Below are positions 31,491-39,882 of a DNA stretch of 39,882 bases, piece after piece. The position numbers were made by a program, and so were the translations under genes. The stretch's first letter is position 1. Every line of letters begins with the position of its first letter. The stretch is from sequence record DRR723986_2366; one strand, given 5' to 3'. Under the pieces are notes generated by a model. That model made no database searches. It worked only from the letters and a program-made list of their open reading frames with translations, and was not told the DNA's origin.

Positions 31491-32087
31491 ATGAGTAATG
31501 ACGGCGTAAACACGGGGCGTCGGCGCTTTCTGACCGCAGCTACCTCGGTGGTCGGTGCCGCAGGCGTAGTTGGGGTGGCAACGCCATTCGTGGGCTCTTG
31601 GAATCCCAGTGCCAAAGCTAAAGCGGCAGGTGCACCGGTAAAGGCAGATATCAGTAAATTAGAGCCGGGCCAAATGGTCGTAGTAGAGTGGCGCGGTAAG
31701 CCAGTTTATGTACTGCGCCGCACAGAAAAGCAGATCGAAGAGCTTTCTACTATCGAAACACATTTGAAAGACCCCGCATCTGAAGGCGCGCAGCAGCCGG
31801 AGTACATTGAAGGCATTGCTCGCTCTATTCGTTCTGAGTATCTCGTTTTGATCGGCTTGTGCACCCACTTGGGTTGTGCACCTAAGCACCGTCCAGAAGT
31901 CGGTGTTCCCGACTTGGGTGGCGATGCCTGGGTAGGCGGCTTCTTCTGCCCTTGCCATGGCTCACGCTTCGATCTGTCTGGTCGCGTCTACGCGGGCTCA
32001 CCTGCGTCGCGTAACTTGGATATTCCGCCATATTCATACGAAGGTGACAATGTACTCGTCATCGGTGTCGATCAGGGGGCTGCGTAA
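31491..32087 (+). CDS. petA: Ubiquinol-cytochrome c reductase Rieske Fe-S subunit
   Basis: Tat motif RRRFL; Rieske boxes CTHLGC and CPCHGS. Confidence 0.98.
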   Translation: MSNDGVNTGRRRFLTAATSVVGAAGVVGVATPFVGSWNPSAKAKAAGAPVKADISKLEPGQMVVVEWRGKPVYVLRRTEKQIEELSTIETHLKDPASEGAQQPEYIEGIARSIRSEYLVLIGLCTHLGCAPKHRPEVGVPDLGGDAWVGGFFCPCHGSRFDLSGRVYAGSPASRNLDIPPYSYEGDNVLVIGVDQGAA

Positions 32088-34141
32088 TGAAGATGTTAAT
32101 TGGTCTGCGCGACTGGGTTGATGCCCGCCTACCAATTATGCGTGCATGGGATACCCATATGGGTAAGTACTATGCACCTAAGAACTTTAACTTCTGGTAT
32201 TTCTTCGGTGTGTTGTCGTTGCTGGTGTTGGTAAACCAGCTGCTGACCGGTGTATGGCTGACAATGAGCTTCACGCCGAGTGCTGAGGAGGCGTTCCGCT
32301 CCGTAGAATACATCATGCGTGATGTTGAGTACGGTTGGATCATACGCTATATGCACTCAACCGGAGCATCGGCGTTTTTCGTTGTTGTCTACTTGCACAT
32401 GTTCCGTGCCCTGCTTTACGGCTCGTATAAGAAGCCCCGTGAGCTGATTTGGGTATTCGGTATGTTCATCTTCCTGGCGCTGATGGCAGAGGCCTTCGTT
32501 GGTTATGTATTGCCATGGGGTCAAATGTCATATTGGGGTGCGCAGGTAATTATCTCGCTGTTCGGCGCCATTCCGGTTGTCGGCGAAGATATTGTGCAGT
32601 GGATCCGCGGTGACTACCTGATTTCTGGTATTACTTTGAACCGCTTCTTTGCGCTGCACGTTGTTGCGCTGCCGATCATTCTTCTGGCCTTGGTTGTTTT
32701 GCACATCCTTGCGCTCCACGAAGTGGGCTCCAATAACCCTGACGGCGTTGAGATCAAGAAGAACAAAGACGAGAACGGCATCCCCCTGGATGGCGTGGCG
32801 TTCCACCCGTACTACACCGTGCACGATTTGACAGCGGTGGCGGTGTTCTTGTTTGTCTTCTGTAGCATCATCTTCTTCATGCCTGAAATGGGCGGTTATT
32901 TCATCGAGTTTGCGAACTTTGAAATCGCCAATGGTTTGAAGACGCCTGAGCACATTGCTCCAGTTTGGTACTTCACGCCGTTTTACTCGGTGCTGCGTGC
33001 CGTTCCCGATAAGCTGTGGGGCTTCGTTGCATTCGGCGCGTCTGTAGCGATTCTGTTCCTGTTGCCTTGGCTTGATCGCAGCCCCGTGAAGTCCATTCGC
33101 TATAAAGGGCGTATCAGTAAGATTGCTATCGTACTGTTTGCGGCAGCCTTCCTGATTTTGGGTGTGCTGGGTGTTAAGGCGCCGACCGAAGGCCGTACTT
33201 TGCTGGCTCGAATTTGCTCAGTGATTTACTTTGCCTTCTTCCTGCTAATGCCTTTCTGGACCAAGTGGGAGGCGACTAAAGCTGAGCCTGCTCGGGTGAC
33301 CGATGGCGGCATGGGCTTCTGGAAGAGCATGGGGGTTCTGCTGGTCGTTGCGCTGTTGACCATCGTTCCGCTGAAGGCGGTCGGTGCGGAGTCAGCGCAT
33401 AACTGCGGCACTATGGATTGCGATGAAATTCAGACGGACGTTACCAACCTGCCGTCCTTGCAGCGTGGCGCCCAAACCTACATGAACTATTGTATGGGGT
33501 GTCACTCTTTGCAGTACGGGCGTTATCAGCGTACTGCCAACGACCTGAATATCCCCGAAGACTTGTTTGAGCAGTACCTTAAGTTCGATCAGTCGGCCAA
33601 AATCGGTGCATTGATGACCAACGCCATGGACGAGGCCGAAGCAAAGAAATGGTTTGGCGCTGCGCCACCAGATCTGACGCTGGTTGCGCGTGCGCGTAAC
33701 CCCGACTGGCTTTACACCTACCTGCGCACTTTTCACGCTGACCCTTCACGTCCATACGGCGTAAATAACCGCGTGTTTAAAGATGTTGGTATGCCTCACG
33801 TTCTCGCTGAGCTGCAAGGTATGCCTGAGTGTGCGCCGGGCCCGGTGCAGGCGGCCAATGGTGGTATACTGCGCGACCCGTTAACGGGTGAAGATGTGCT
33901 TTTCGATGAAAAAGGCAATGCCCTGAACCCATGTGGCAGTTTCACCTACGCTACCGAAGGGTCGTTGACTCCGGAAGAGTATGATGCCGTTATCTACGAC
34001 CTGGTGAACTTCCTTGAGTACATGGGAGAGCCTGTACAAGCGAAGCGTAAGCGCATTGGCGTCTATGTGCTGGCGTTTATTGCGCTGTTCTTCGTTTTTG
34101 CTTACCTGCTTAACCGCGAGTACTGGAAAGACGTGCACTGA
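32087..34141 (+). CDS. petBC: Fused cytochrome b / cytochrome c1 polyprotein (PetB-PetC, FbcH-like)
   Basis: One 684-aa ORF. Cytochrome b: RYMHSTGAS..YLHM, GYVLPWGQMSYWG, RFFALH...LH, PVWY. Then a hydrophobic linker, then cytochrome c1: CMGCH, PPDLTL, GMPH axial Met, C-terminal TM, EYWKDVH. Confidence 0.95.
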   Translation: MKMLIGLRDWVDARLPIMRAWDTHMGKYYAPKNFNFWYFFGVLSLLVLVNQLLTGVWLTMSFTPSAEEAFRSVEYIMRDVEYGWIIRYMHSTGASAFFVVVYLHMFRALLYGSYKKPRELIWVFGMFIFLALMAEAFVGYVLPWGQMSYWGAQVIISLFGAIPVVGEDIVQWIRGDYLISGITLNRFFALHVVALPIILLALVVLHILALHEVGSNNPDGVEIKKNKDENGIPLDGVAFHPYYTVHDLTAVAVFLFVFCSIIFFMPEMGGYFIEFANFEIANGLKTPEHIAPVWYFTPFYSVLRAVPDKLWGFVAFGASVAILFLLPWLDRSPVKSIRYKGRISKIAIVLFAAAFLILGVLGVKAPTEGRTLLARICSVIYFAFFLLMPFWTKWEATKAEPARVTDGGMGFWKSMGVLLVVALLTIVPLKAVGAESAHNCGTMDCDEIQTDVTNLPSLQRGAQTYMNYCMGCHSLQYGRYQRTANDLNIPEDLFEQYLKFDQSAKIGALMTNAMDEAEAKKWFGAAPPDLTLVARARNPDWLYTYLRTFHADPSRPYGVNNRVFKDVGMPHVLAELQGMPECAPGPVQAANGGILRDPLTGEDVLFDEKGNALNPCGSFTYATEGSLTPEEYDAVIYDLVNFLEYMGEPVQAKRKRIGVYVLAFIALFFVFAYLLNREYWKDVH

Positions 34142-34171
34142 TGTAAACCTGCGAACAGCTGGGTTTTATAG

Positions 34172-34206
34172 ACGGGCGGCTTCATTTTGAGGTCTGCCCG
34201 TTTCTT
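34172..34206 (+). terminator. Probable intrinsic terminator after the pet operon
   Basis: ACGGGCGG-CTTCA-ttt-TGAGG-t-CTGCCCGT followed by TTCTT. Confidence 0.65.
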
Positions 34207-34238
34207 GTCATATAGATTGATAGTTTGAGGTGAGTTCA

Positions 34239-34883
34239 ATGGGCGTTGTTGCCAAGCGTTCTACAATGACATTTTTTTCTGATGCAGCCAGCCACTATAG
34301 CCATCGTGTGCGGATTGTATTGGCAGAAAAGGGTGTAACCGTCGATATTGTTGACGTTGATCCAAGCAACCTTCCCGAGGAAGTCGCTGAGCTCAACCCC
34401 TATGGTAGTTTGCCGACCCTGGTGGATCGCGATTTGGCTTTGTATGAGTCAAAAGTGATGATGGAATACCTCGATGAGCGCTTTCCTCATCCGCCATTGC
34501 TGCCGGTATATCCAGTAGCGCGTGGTGAGAGCCGTCAGTACATTTATCGCATCGAGCGCGACTGGTGTCGTCTGGTCGATGAAATTCAGAACGGAAGTCA
34601 AAAAGCACAGGATAAAGCGCGCAAAGAGCTGCGTGACAGCCTGCTGACGATCGCACCGATTTTCGCGGAAAAGCCATTCTTTATGAATGAAGAGTTCACA
34701 TTGGTGGACTGCTGTTTAGCTCCGATTCTATGGCGATTGGAGCAGCTGGGCGTGGAAATTCCTCAGACTCGTCAGTCCAAGCCACTGCTGGAATACATGG
34801 TTCGCCTGTTTGAGCGCCCCTCATTCCAGGAGAGCTTGACCCAGAAAGAGCGGGAAATGCGCGGCGAAAACAGCGCGGCCTAA
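34239..34883 (+). CDS. sspA: Stringent starvation protein A
   Basis: [50 protein letters not shown]. Confidence 0.97.
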   Translation: MGVVAKRSTMTFFSDAASHYSHRVRIVLAEKGVTVDIVDVDPSNLPEEVAELNPYGSLPTLVDRDLALYESKVMMEYLDERFPHPPLLPVYPVARGESRQYIYRIERDWCRLVDEIQNGSQKAQDKARKELRDSLLTIAPIFAEKPFFMNEEFTLVDCCLAPILWRLEQLGVEIPQTRQSKPLLEYMVRLFERPSFQESLTQKEREMRGENSAA

Positions 34884-34888
34884 TCACT

Positions 34889-35296
34889 ATGGCAATGAAC
34901 TCCAGCCGCCCTTACATGATCCGAGCGATCTATGAATGGGTCGTCGATAATGACTGCACTCCCTACATTCTGGTGAATGCCATGATGGAGGGAGTGGAAG
35001 TGCCCCAGCAGTTTGTGCAAGACGGTCAAATTGTTCTTAATATCTCTCCGTCTGCTGTTGTTGGTCTTGATGTCGGCAACGACGAGCTGGGTTTCCGGGG
35101 GCGGTTTGGCGGTGTTGCGCAAGATATCCGTGTGCCCGTTGCCGCTGTGCTCGGAATTTACGCCAGAGAAAATGGCCAGGGCATGCTGTTCGATGCCGAC
35201 GAGCCGCCGACAACACCGCCGGATGGGGCGGGCTCCGACGCGACGTCGAGCACTAAGCCGCAGCCGGGGCGGCCAAGCCTGAAAGTAGTCAAGTAA
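34889..35296 (+). CDS. sspB: ClpXP adaptor SspB
   Basis: RPYMIRAIYEWVVDN.CTP, IYARENGQG, C-terminal RPSLKVVK ClpX-binding motif. Confidence 0.97.
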   Translation: MAMNSSRPYMIRAIYEWVVDNDCTPYILVNAMMEGVEVPQQFVQDGQIVLNISPSAVVGLDVGNDELGFRGRFGGVAQDIRVPVAAVLGIYARENGQGMLFDADEPPTTPPDGAGSDATSSTKPQPGRPSLKVVK

Positions 35297-35300
35297 CAGC

Positions 35301-35324
35301 AGTAGCCCGAATCCTCGGGCTACT
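35301..35324. terminator. Hairpin between convergent sspB and dolP, possible bidirectional terminator
   Basis: AGTAGCCCGA-atcc-TCGGGCTACT, perfect 10-bp stem; weak U-tracts. Confidence 0.6.
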
Positions 35325-35331
35325 TACCTTC

Positions 35332-35904
35332 CTAGTAGTATTCAAATACCCTTACTACTTTTTGCACGCCTTTTGTTTCGCTGGTCACGCGCGCCGCGAT
35401 ATCTGATTCACTCTTTGATACTAAACCCATCAAATAGACGACACCCTTTTCTGTAACGACCTTGATGCGCGATGCATCCAGCTGTTCGTTAAGGGATAGG
35501 CGGCTTTTGACCTTTGTACTCAGCCAGCTGTCATTGCTGCGTGTGAGCATGCTGCTGGCTTCGCCAATGCTGAGTTCGTTGTGCACCTTTCGCACTTTTT
35601 TGAGCTTGTCAGCAACGGCGGCGGCTTGCTGTTTTAGCTCGGCGTTAGCCACTTGTCCTGTGAGCAACACAATGCCGTTGTGACTGGTGACGTTAATGTG
35701 TGCGTCCTCGAGCTCCGGGCGGGTTTTGCGGATATTGACGGTGGCTTTGGTTTCAATAATTTGGTCGTCAATATAGCTGCCAAGGCTGCGGCTACCGGGG
35801 TCTTCCTGTATCGGTGCGTCGTTAGTAGCAGTGAGTATCTGCGTGCAGGAAGCAAGACTCAGGGACAAGGCTAGCGCCTGCAAGGTGCGGAGGTAAGTAT
35901 TCAT
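35332..35904 (-). CDS. dolP: Dual-BON-domain lipoprotein DolP/YraP
   Basis: Lipobox LASC; RSLGSYIDD, NGIVLLTGQV, DSWLSTKVKS, GVVYLMGLV, GVQKVVRVFEY. Confidence 0.9.
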   Translation of the reverse strand: MNTYLRTLQALALSLSLASCTQILTATNDAPIQEDPGSRSLGSYIDDQIIETKATVNIRKTRPELEDAHINVTSHNGIVLLTGQVANAELKQQAAAVADKLKKVRKVHNELSIGEASSMLTRSNDSWLSTKVKSRLSLNEQLDASRIKVVTEKGVVYLMGLVSKSESDIAARVTSETKGVQKVVRVFEYY

Positions 35905-35905
35905 A

Positions 35906-36493
35906 TCAATAACTTCCAAATAGTTGGCTGTCGATGAGCTCGCATATTGCGTGAACAGCAACAAGCTGCATTTCTGTTAGGCGGGCGGCATTGTCCACGG
36001 GAAAGACCAGCTCAATATCATCGGCTTGCAGCAGCGCGCTAGCGTCACTGGCATCTGGGCCCGAGAGGCCGATTACGCGCATTTCGCGTTCGTGTGCAGC
36101 CTGAATGCACCGCAGCGTATTCGCACTGCCGCCCTGATAGCAGATGAAGAGGCAGTCACCGCGATGACCTAATGCCCGGATCTGATTGGCAAATATATCG
36201 TTGTAACCTGACTGGGATGCGATTGCCGTGGCAGTCGCTGAATCCGTCGTTAGCGCCATCGCCGGAAGCGCTGGGCGCTCATGCTGAAAATGGTTGAGCA
36301 GGTTGGTAACAAGATGTTGGGCGATTAAGCCCTGAGTGCCCTCGCCACAACAGATCACTTTGTTCTCGCTGAGCATGGACTCGACGATACCTTCACTGGC
36401 TTTCGCAATACCTTCACCAAGTGCTTCCATGGTGTACATGCAGCTCTCTATGTGGCGGTGAAACAGGTCTAACACGTGTTCTGATTGATCCAC
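35906..36493 (-). CDS. SIS-domain GmhA/DiaA-family protein with degenerate active site
   Basis: NKVICCG, ERPALPAMAL, QIRALG..GD, AAHEREM, LIDSQLFG; occupies the gmhA/diaA slot between yraN and dolP. Confidence 0.85.
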   Translation of the reverse strand: MDQSEHVLDLFHRHIESCMYTMEALGEGIAKASEGIVESMLSENKVICCGEGTQGLIAQHLVTNLLNHFQHERPALPAMALTTDSATATAIASQSGYNDIFANQIRALGHRGDCLFICYQGGSANTLRCIQAAHEREMRVIGLSGPDASDASALLQADDIELVFPVDNAARLTEMQLVAVHAICELIDSQLFGSY

Positions 36494-36505
36494 AGTGCGG
36501 AATCC

Positions 36506-36865
36506 TTATAGCTGAAAGGCGTTAGGTAGCCAGTGTAGTTGGAATTCGCCTTGTTGCTCCGATGCTTCAATGACATCGAAACGGCAGGGAAGTTCGCACT
36601 GGCTGTGGGTTGCTAGGTAGAGTGAGGCCGTTTGGATAATGCGCTGTTGCTTGTGTCGGTCGACCGATTCCGCACCTCCGCCGAAGCGACGGTTATTGCG
36701 CAAGCGGACCTCCACAAACACCAGTGTTTCTCCGTCCTTAGCAATAATGTCGATCTCTCCAAAGCGGCTACGAAAATTTTGCTGGACGATGATAAGGCCT
36801 TGTTTGCGCAGAAAGTCGCAGGCTGAACGCTCGGCGTTATCGCCTTTTTGCTTGCGGTTAAACAA
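36506..36865 (-). CDS. yraN: YraN family (UPF0102) putative endonuclease
   Basis: G..AE..A..FL...G, NFRSRFGEIDII, LVFVEVR, CRFDVI, WLPNAF. Confidence 0.95.
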   Translation of the reverse strand: MFNRKQKGDNAERSACDFLRKQGLIIVQQNFRSRFGEIDIIAKDGETLVFVEVRLRNNRRFGGGAESVDRHKQQRIIQTASLYLATHSQCELPCRFDVIEASEQQGEFQLHWLPNAFQL

Positions 36866-36867
36866 GT

Positions 36868-38772
36868 TTATTCCTGGCTTGATGCATCGATGACCGCGAC
36901 ACCCCCGCGAATTTCCGCCAGTGTGAGTTCGCGCTCTATTTGGCCCAAGGCATTCAAGGTGAGTGTGCCTGTTTCGCCGAACACTTGCCCACTGCCTGTG
37001 CGTAATTGATTAATACGCATATGCAAACGGAAGCTGTCTACGCCCAGGGCATACATCCGCTGAAAGGCATCGCTGCGAGCAAAGTGCGCATTAATGGCTT
37101 GGCGTATGGCGGAGTCACTGTTGAATACCCAGGGGATATCGACAAAGTGAATACCGTTGATGTCCTGGTCCCGGGAGCGGTCAGTATTGCCGCGGTAGAT
37201 ATGTGATGTCGCGTAGACGGGTAGGTCGCCCGCATAGTGGTAGGCCAGAAGCGGCTTCACGGCGCGGCCTTCGTTCGGGCGAGCCACCAAGAAAATCATG
37301 TCGGCATCGCTGCGGCGATAGGGTTCGAAGTAAGGCGTCATGCCAATAATTTGTTGCAGTCGACGTCGACGCTGTTCACTTTGGTCGATATGAAGCAGTT
37401 GTTTTATGCGCTTGGAATAGTCGTTGGATTTAGCGTTAAAGTTGGTACTGTCGCTAATGTAGCCGCCGGCTTGTTGCCAGCGCTGGGCGAAGGCCTGTGC
37501 CACCTTGCTGCCCCAGTTGCCCTCCGGGGTGATGATCATCGCTCGTTGTAGGCCTTTATTGCGCGCAATATCCGCAATCTGCTCCGCTTCATCTTGCGGG
37601 TTAAGGCCGAATTGATAGAGGCCGCTGGGGAATTGATCCCCCTCGATACGGTTGAGCGCCAGGGTGGGGGTCGGCATCATTTTGGGGTGCTGACTAATCA
37701 GCTCGTCGAGCTTTTCCTTACGCAGGGGGCCGATAGCCAATTCGCAGCCGTCGCTAATGGCTTGATCGAGCAGCCGATTGATGTCGCCGCTCCCGCTATC
37801 GTAGAGAATAATTTCCGGGGTCCTGGCCTGGTTTTCCTGCGCCTGCATGTAGGCGGCGATAAAACCGTCGCGTATGGCCTTGCCATAACTGGCAAAGCGC
37901 CCGGTGAATGGCAGGATGAGCGCGAGTTTTGTGGGTTGGTCAATAATTAGGCTGTCGAGTTGATCCAGGCCGCCGGGTAGTGGGTGGCGACCGGGGTGGT
38001 TGGGCCAGCGTGCCAGCCACGTATCGCGCTGGCGAATCTGCGCTTCAATATCGCCCTGATTGTCTTTGGCAACCGAGGCAAGCTCAAGCCAGCCGAGATA
38101 GTCGCGGTTGCTGGCGCTGTCGAGTTTGTCGAGCAGTACGGACGTTGGAATCTGCATCAGCGATTGCCAAATAGCATCGCGGTTCTGCTCCTGCTGACTG
38201 CGGGTGAGCAGCGGATCGATAAATATCCATTCCCGTACGGCGGCAAGGTGGTCGCCCTCAATGGCAAACAGCGACGCCCTAAGCTGGCTGAATTGCAGTT
38301 GGCGCCGAAGGGGGGCTTCCAGCATTGCCTGCTCAATTAATGGATCTGACAGCTGGATCAGCGCCTCGCTAAATTCCGCGTGCGCGCGGTGAATTCGCGC
38401 TCTGACAAGGGCCAGGCGAAGTGCTTGATTCGGGGTTAATTCCGGTGCGACCAAATCTCGTACGGTGTCGTCCGCGCGCCCCATCTCTCCGTCTCTAAGA
38501 AGCACTTCGGCCGCGCGCAGTTGAAGCTCCTGTGCGGCTTCTGGATCCAGACTCATGGCTTGTTGCAGCCACAATTCAACATCTTCGGATTGCGCCGTGG
38601 CAGGGTTAAACTCGAGTGCTTGCCGGTTTATCGGGGTGCTGGGGCGCTGGCGAATCTCATCGTAGCTTGTCAGGGGTTCCTGCTGCGTAGCGGTTGGCGA
38701 ACTCGGTGCGCTGGAACAGGCCGCGAGTGCTGCGCCAATGATCGCGAGCGCGAAAAATCTTGTCTTCATCAT
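36868..38772 (-). CDS. lpoA: Penicillin-binding protein activator LpoA (start 38772/38769, or 38805)
   Basis: Lipobox LAAC, GWLELA, WPNHPG, AIRDGFIAA, IGPLRK, PVYATS, ALGVDSF, GETGTL. Confidence 0.93.
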   Translation of the reverse strand: MMKTRFFALAIIGAALAACSSAPSSPTATQQEPLTSYDEIRQRPSTPINRQALEFNPATAQSEDVELWLQQAMSLDPEAAQELQLRAAEVLLRDGEMGRADDTVRDLVAPELTPNQALRLALVRARIHRAHAEFSEALIQLSDPLIEQAMLEAPLRRQLQFSQLRASLFAIEGDHLAAVREWIFIDPLLTRSQQEQNRDAIWQSLMQIPTSVLLDKLDSASNRDYLGWLELASVAKDNQGDIEAQIRQRDTWLARWPNHPGRHPLPGGLDQLDSLIIDQPTKLALILPFTGRFASYGKAIRDGFIAAYMQAQENQARTPEIILYDSGSGDINRLLDQAISDGCELAIGPLRKEKLDELISQHPKMMPTPTLALNRIEGDQFPSGLYQFGLNPQDEAEQIADIARNKGLQRAMIITPEGNWGSKVAQAFAQRWQQAGGYISDSTNFNAKSNDYSKRIKQLLHIDQSEQRRRRLQQIIGMTPYFEPYRRSDADMIFLVARPNEGRAVKPLLAYHYAGDLPVYATSHIYRGNTDRSRDQDINGIHFVDIPWVFNSDSAIRQAINAHFARSDAFQRMYALGVDSFRLHMRINQLRTGSGQVFGETGTLTLNALGQIERELTLAEIRGGVAVIDASSQE

Positions 38773-38820
38773 TATGCCGTTGTTAGTCTTCGCCAGCTGG
38801 TTCATTAGAGGATAGTCCTT

Positions 38821-39666
38821 TTGGAGTCGACTCCCACGCTTTTCGTCGTTGCCACACCTCTCGGGAATCTCGCCGATATGGTACCCCGAGGGCTGGAAGT
38901 CCTACAATCGGTAGATCGGATTGCAGCGGAGGATACGCGCCGCAGCGCCCCTTTATTGGCGCATTTCGGTATTACTACCCCTATGATCGCCTACCATGAC
39001 CACAGCGGCAGCAAGGATACCGAACGCTTGCTCGATATTCTGCGCAGCGGCGGTAGTATCGCGCTCATTTCTGATGCCGGTACGCCGCTGATCTCAGACC
39101 CCGGTTATCGCCTTGTCGATGCAGTGTTGGCGGAGGGGTTTCGGGTATCGCCCATTCCTGGAGCAAGCGCTCTGATAGCGGCTCTGTCGGTCGCAGGTTT
39201 GCCGTCAGACCGTTTTACATTTGAAGGGTTTATGCCCGCCAAAGAGCAGGCCCGCCGCAAGCAGCTGGATGCCCTCAAAGCAGAGCCTCGCACCATGATT
39301 TTTTATGAGGCTCCCCATCGGTTGCTGGATTGTGTGCGGGATATAGCGCGGTGCTTTGGCGGTGATCGTGTGGTGGTGTTGGCGAGGGAGCTCACTAAAT
39401 TATATGAGACGGTGGCAAGGCTTCCCGCTGATGAATTGGCTGCGTGGGTGGCTGGCGATCGCAATCAGCAGCGGGGTGAGTGTGTGCTGTTGGTGGCTGG
39501 GTATCAGGCGAAGGAGGGCGACCTTAGTCCGGAGGTAGTGCGCTGCTTCGATATACTTCGCAGCGAGCTGCCGATGAAGCAGGCCGCTTCGATAGCGGCG
39601 AAGCTTACCGGCGTTAAGAAAAACCGTCTTTATCAATACGGGTTAGGGCAACCCCTAAAAAAATAG
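38821..39666 (+). CDS. rsmI: 16S rRNA (cytidine1402-2'-O)-methyltransferase
   Basis: VVATPLGNL.D, AEDTR, ISDAGTPLISDPG, YEAPHRL, ARELTKLYE, RGECV. Confidence 0.97.
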   Translation: MESTPTLFVVATPLGNLADMVPRGLEVLQSVDRIAAEDTRRSAPLLAHFGITTPMIAYHDHSGSKDTERLLDILRSGGSIALISDAGTPLISDPGYRLVDAVLAEGFRVSPIPGASALIAALSVAGLPSDRFTFEGFMPAKEQARRKQLDALKAEPRTMIFYEAPHRLLDCVRDIARCFGGDRVVVLARELTKLYETVARLPADELAAWVAGDRNQQRGECVLLVAGYQAKEGDLSPEVVRCFDILRSELPMKQAASIAAKLTGVKKNRLYQYGLGQPLKK

Positions 39667-39676
39667 CCGCTCGGGC

Positions 39677-39705
39677 TTGTGTCTTTTTAAAGTACTGGTT
39701 ATTCT
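39677..39705 (+). promoter_or_regulatory. Sigma70 promoter of rnpB
   Basis: TTGTGT (39677-82), 17 bp, TATTCT (39700-05); predicts a start near 39712, matching the RNA 5' end. Confidence 0.65.
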
Positions 39706-39711
39706 TACAGT

Positions 39712-39882
39712 TGAGTCGGCTGGGCGGCCGCTCTGCGCGCAAGCGCGGGGAGGAAAGTCCGGGCTCCATAGGGTAAAGCGCCAGGTAACGCCTGGGGGGC
39801 GAGAGCCTACGGAAAGTGCAGCAGAAAATATACCGCCTACGTAGCTTCGGCTGCCGGTAAGGTTGAAATGGTGCGGTAAGAG
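39712..39882 (+). ncRNA. rnpB: RNase P RNA (class A), 5' part, truncated by window edge
   Basis: GAGGAAAGTCCGGGCTCC, GCCAGGTAACGCCTGG, GGAAAGTGC..CAGAAA, ACCGCC, GGTGCGGTAAGAG; conserved position after rsmI. Confidence 0.98.

Noticed and set aside
33290-33340. Independent petC start at ATG 33311 or 33329
   Set aside because: No upstream stop for petB and no convincing RBS. Treated as part of the fusion, although internal initiation cannot be excluded.

Overview
Core-genome window of a gammaproteobacterium. Gene order is Pseudomonas/Cellvibrionales-like; a Spongiibacteraceae-type marine lineage is a guess from protein style only. Content in order: gatB(partial)-gatA-gatC on the minus strand, divergent from mreBCD-maf-rng-yhdP-nit; a long minus-strand run kdsD-kdsC-lptCAB-rpoN-hpf-ptsN-rapZ-npr-mgtE-darP; mlaC-ibaG-murA-hisGDC; algW/degS, nif3, zapG, zapE; rplM-rpsI; petA plus a single fused cytochrome b-c1 gene; sspAB; dolP-gmhA/diaA-like-yraN-lpoA; rsmI; and the 5' part of rnpB. 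I saw no mobile element, CRISPR array, prophage or defence island, and I cannot support a wholly new multi-gene system here. The notable points are departures from the usual conserved layout: (1) a cytochrome b-c1 polyprotein with an internal signal-peptide-like linker; (2) a probable AUU start for mreC behind a hairpin; (3) a GmhA/DiaA-position SIS protein that has lost most catalytic residues; (4) mlaC without mlaFED/mlaB; (5) absence of both tldD and pmbA from their usual positions; (6) a sigma54 site stacked on the sigma70 promoter of rpoN; (7) several palindromes over promoters. Homology calls come from recognised motifs and synteny, not from database searches.
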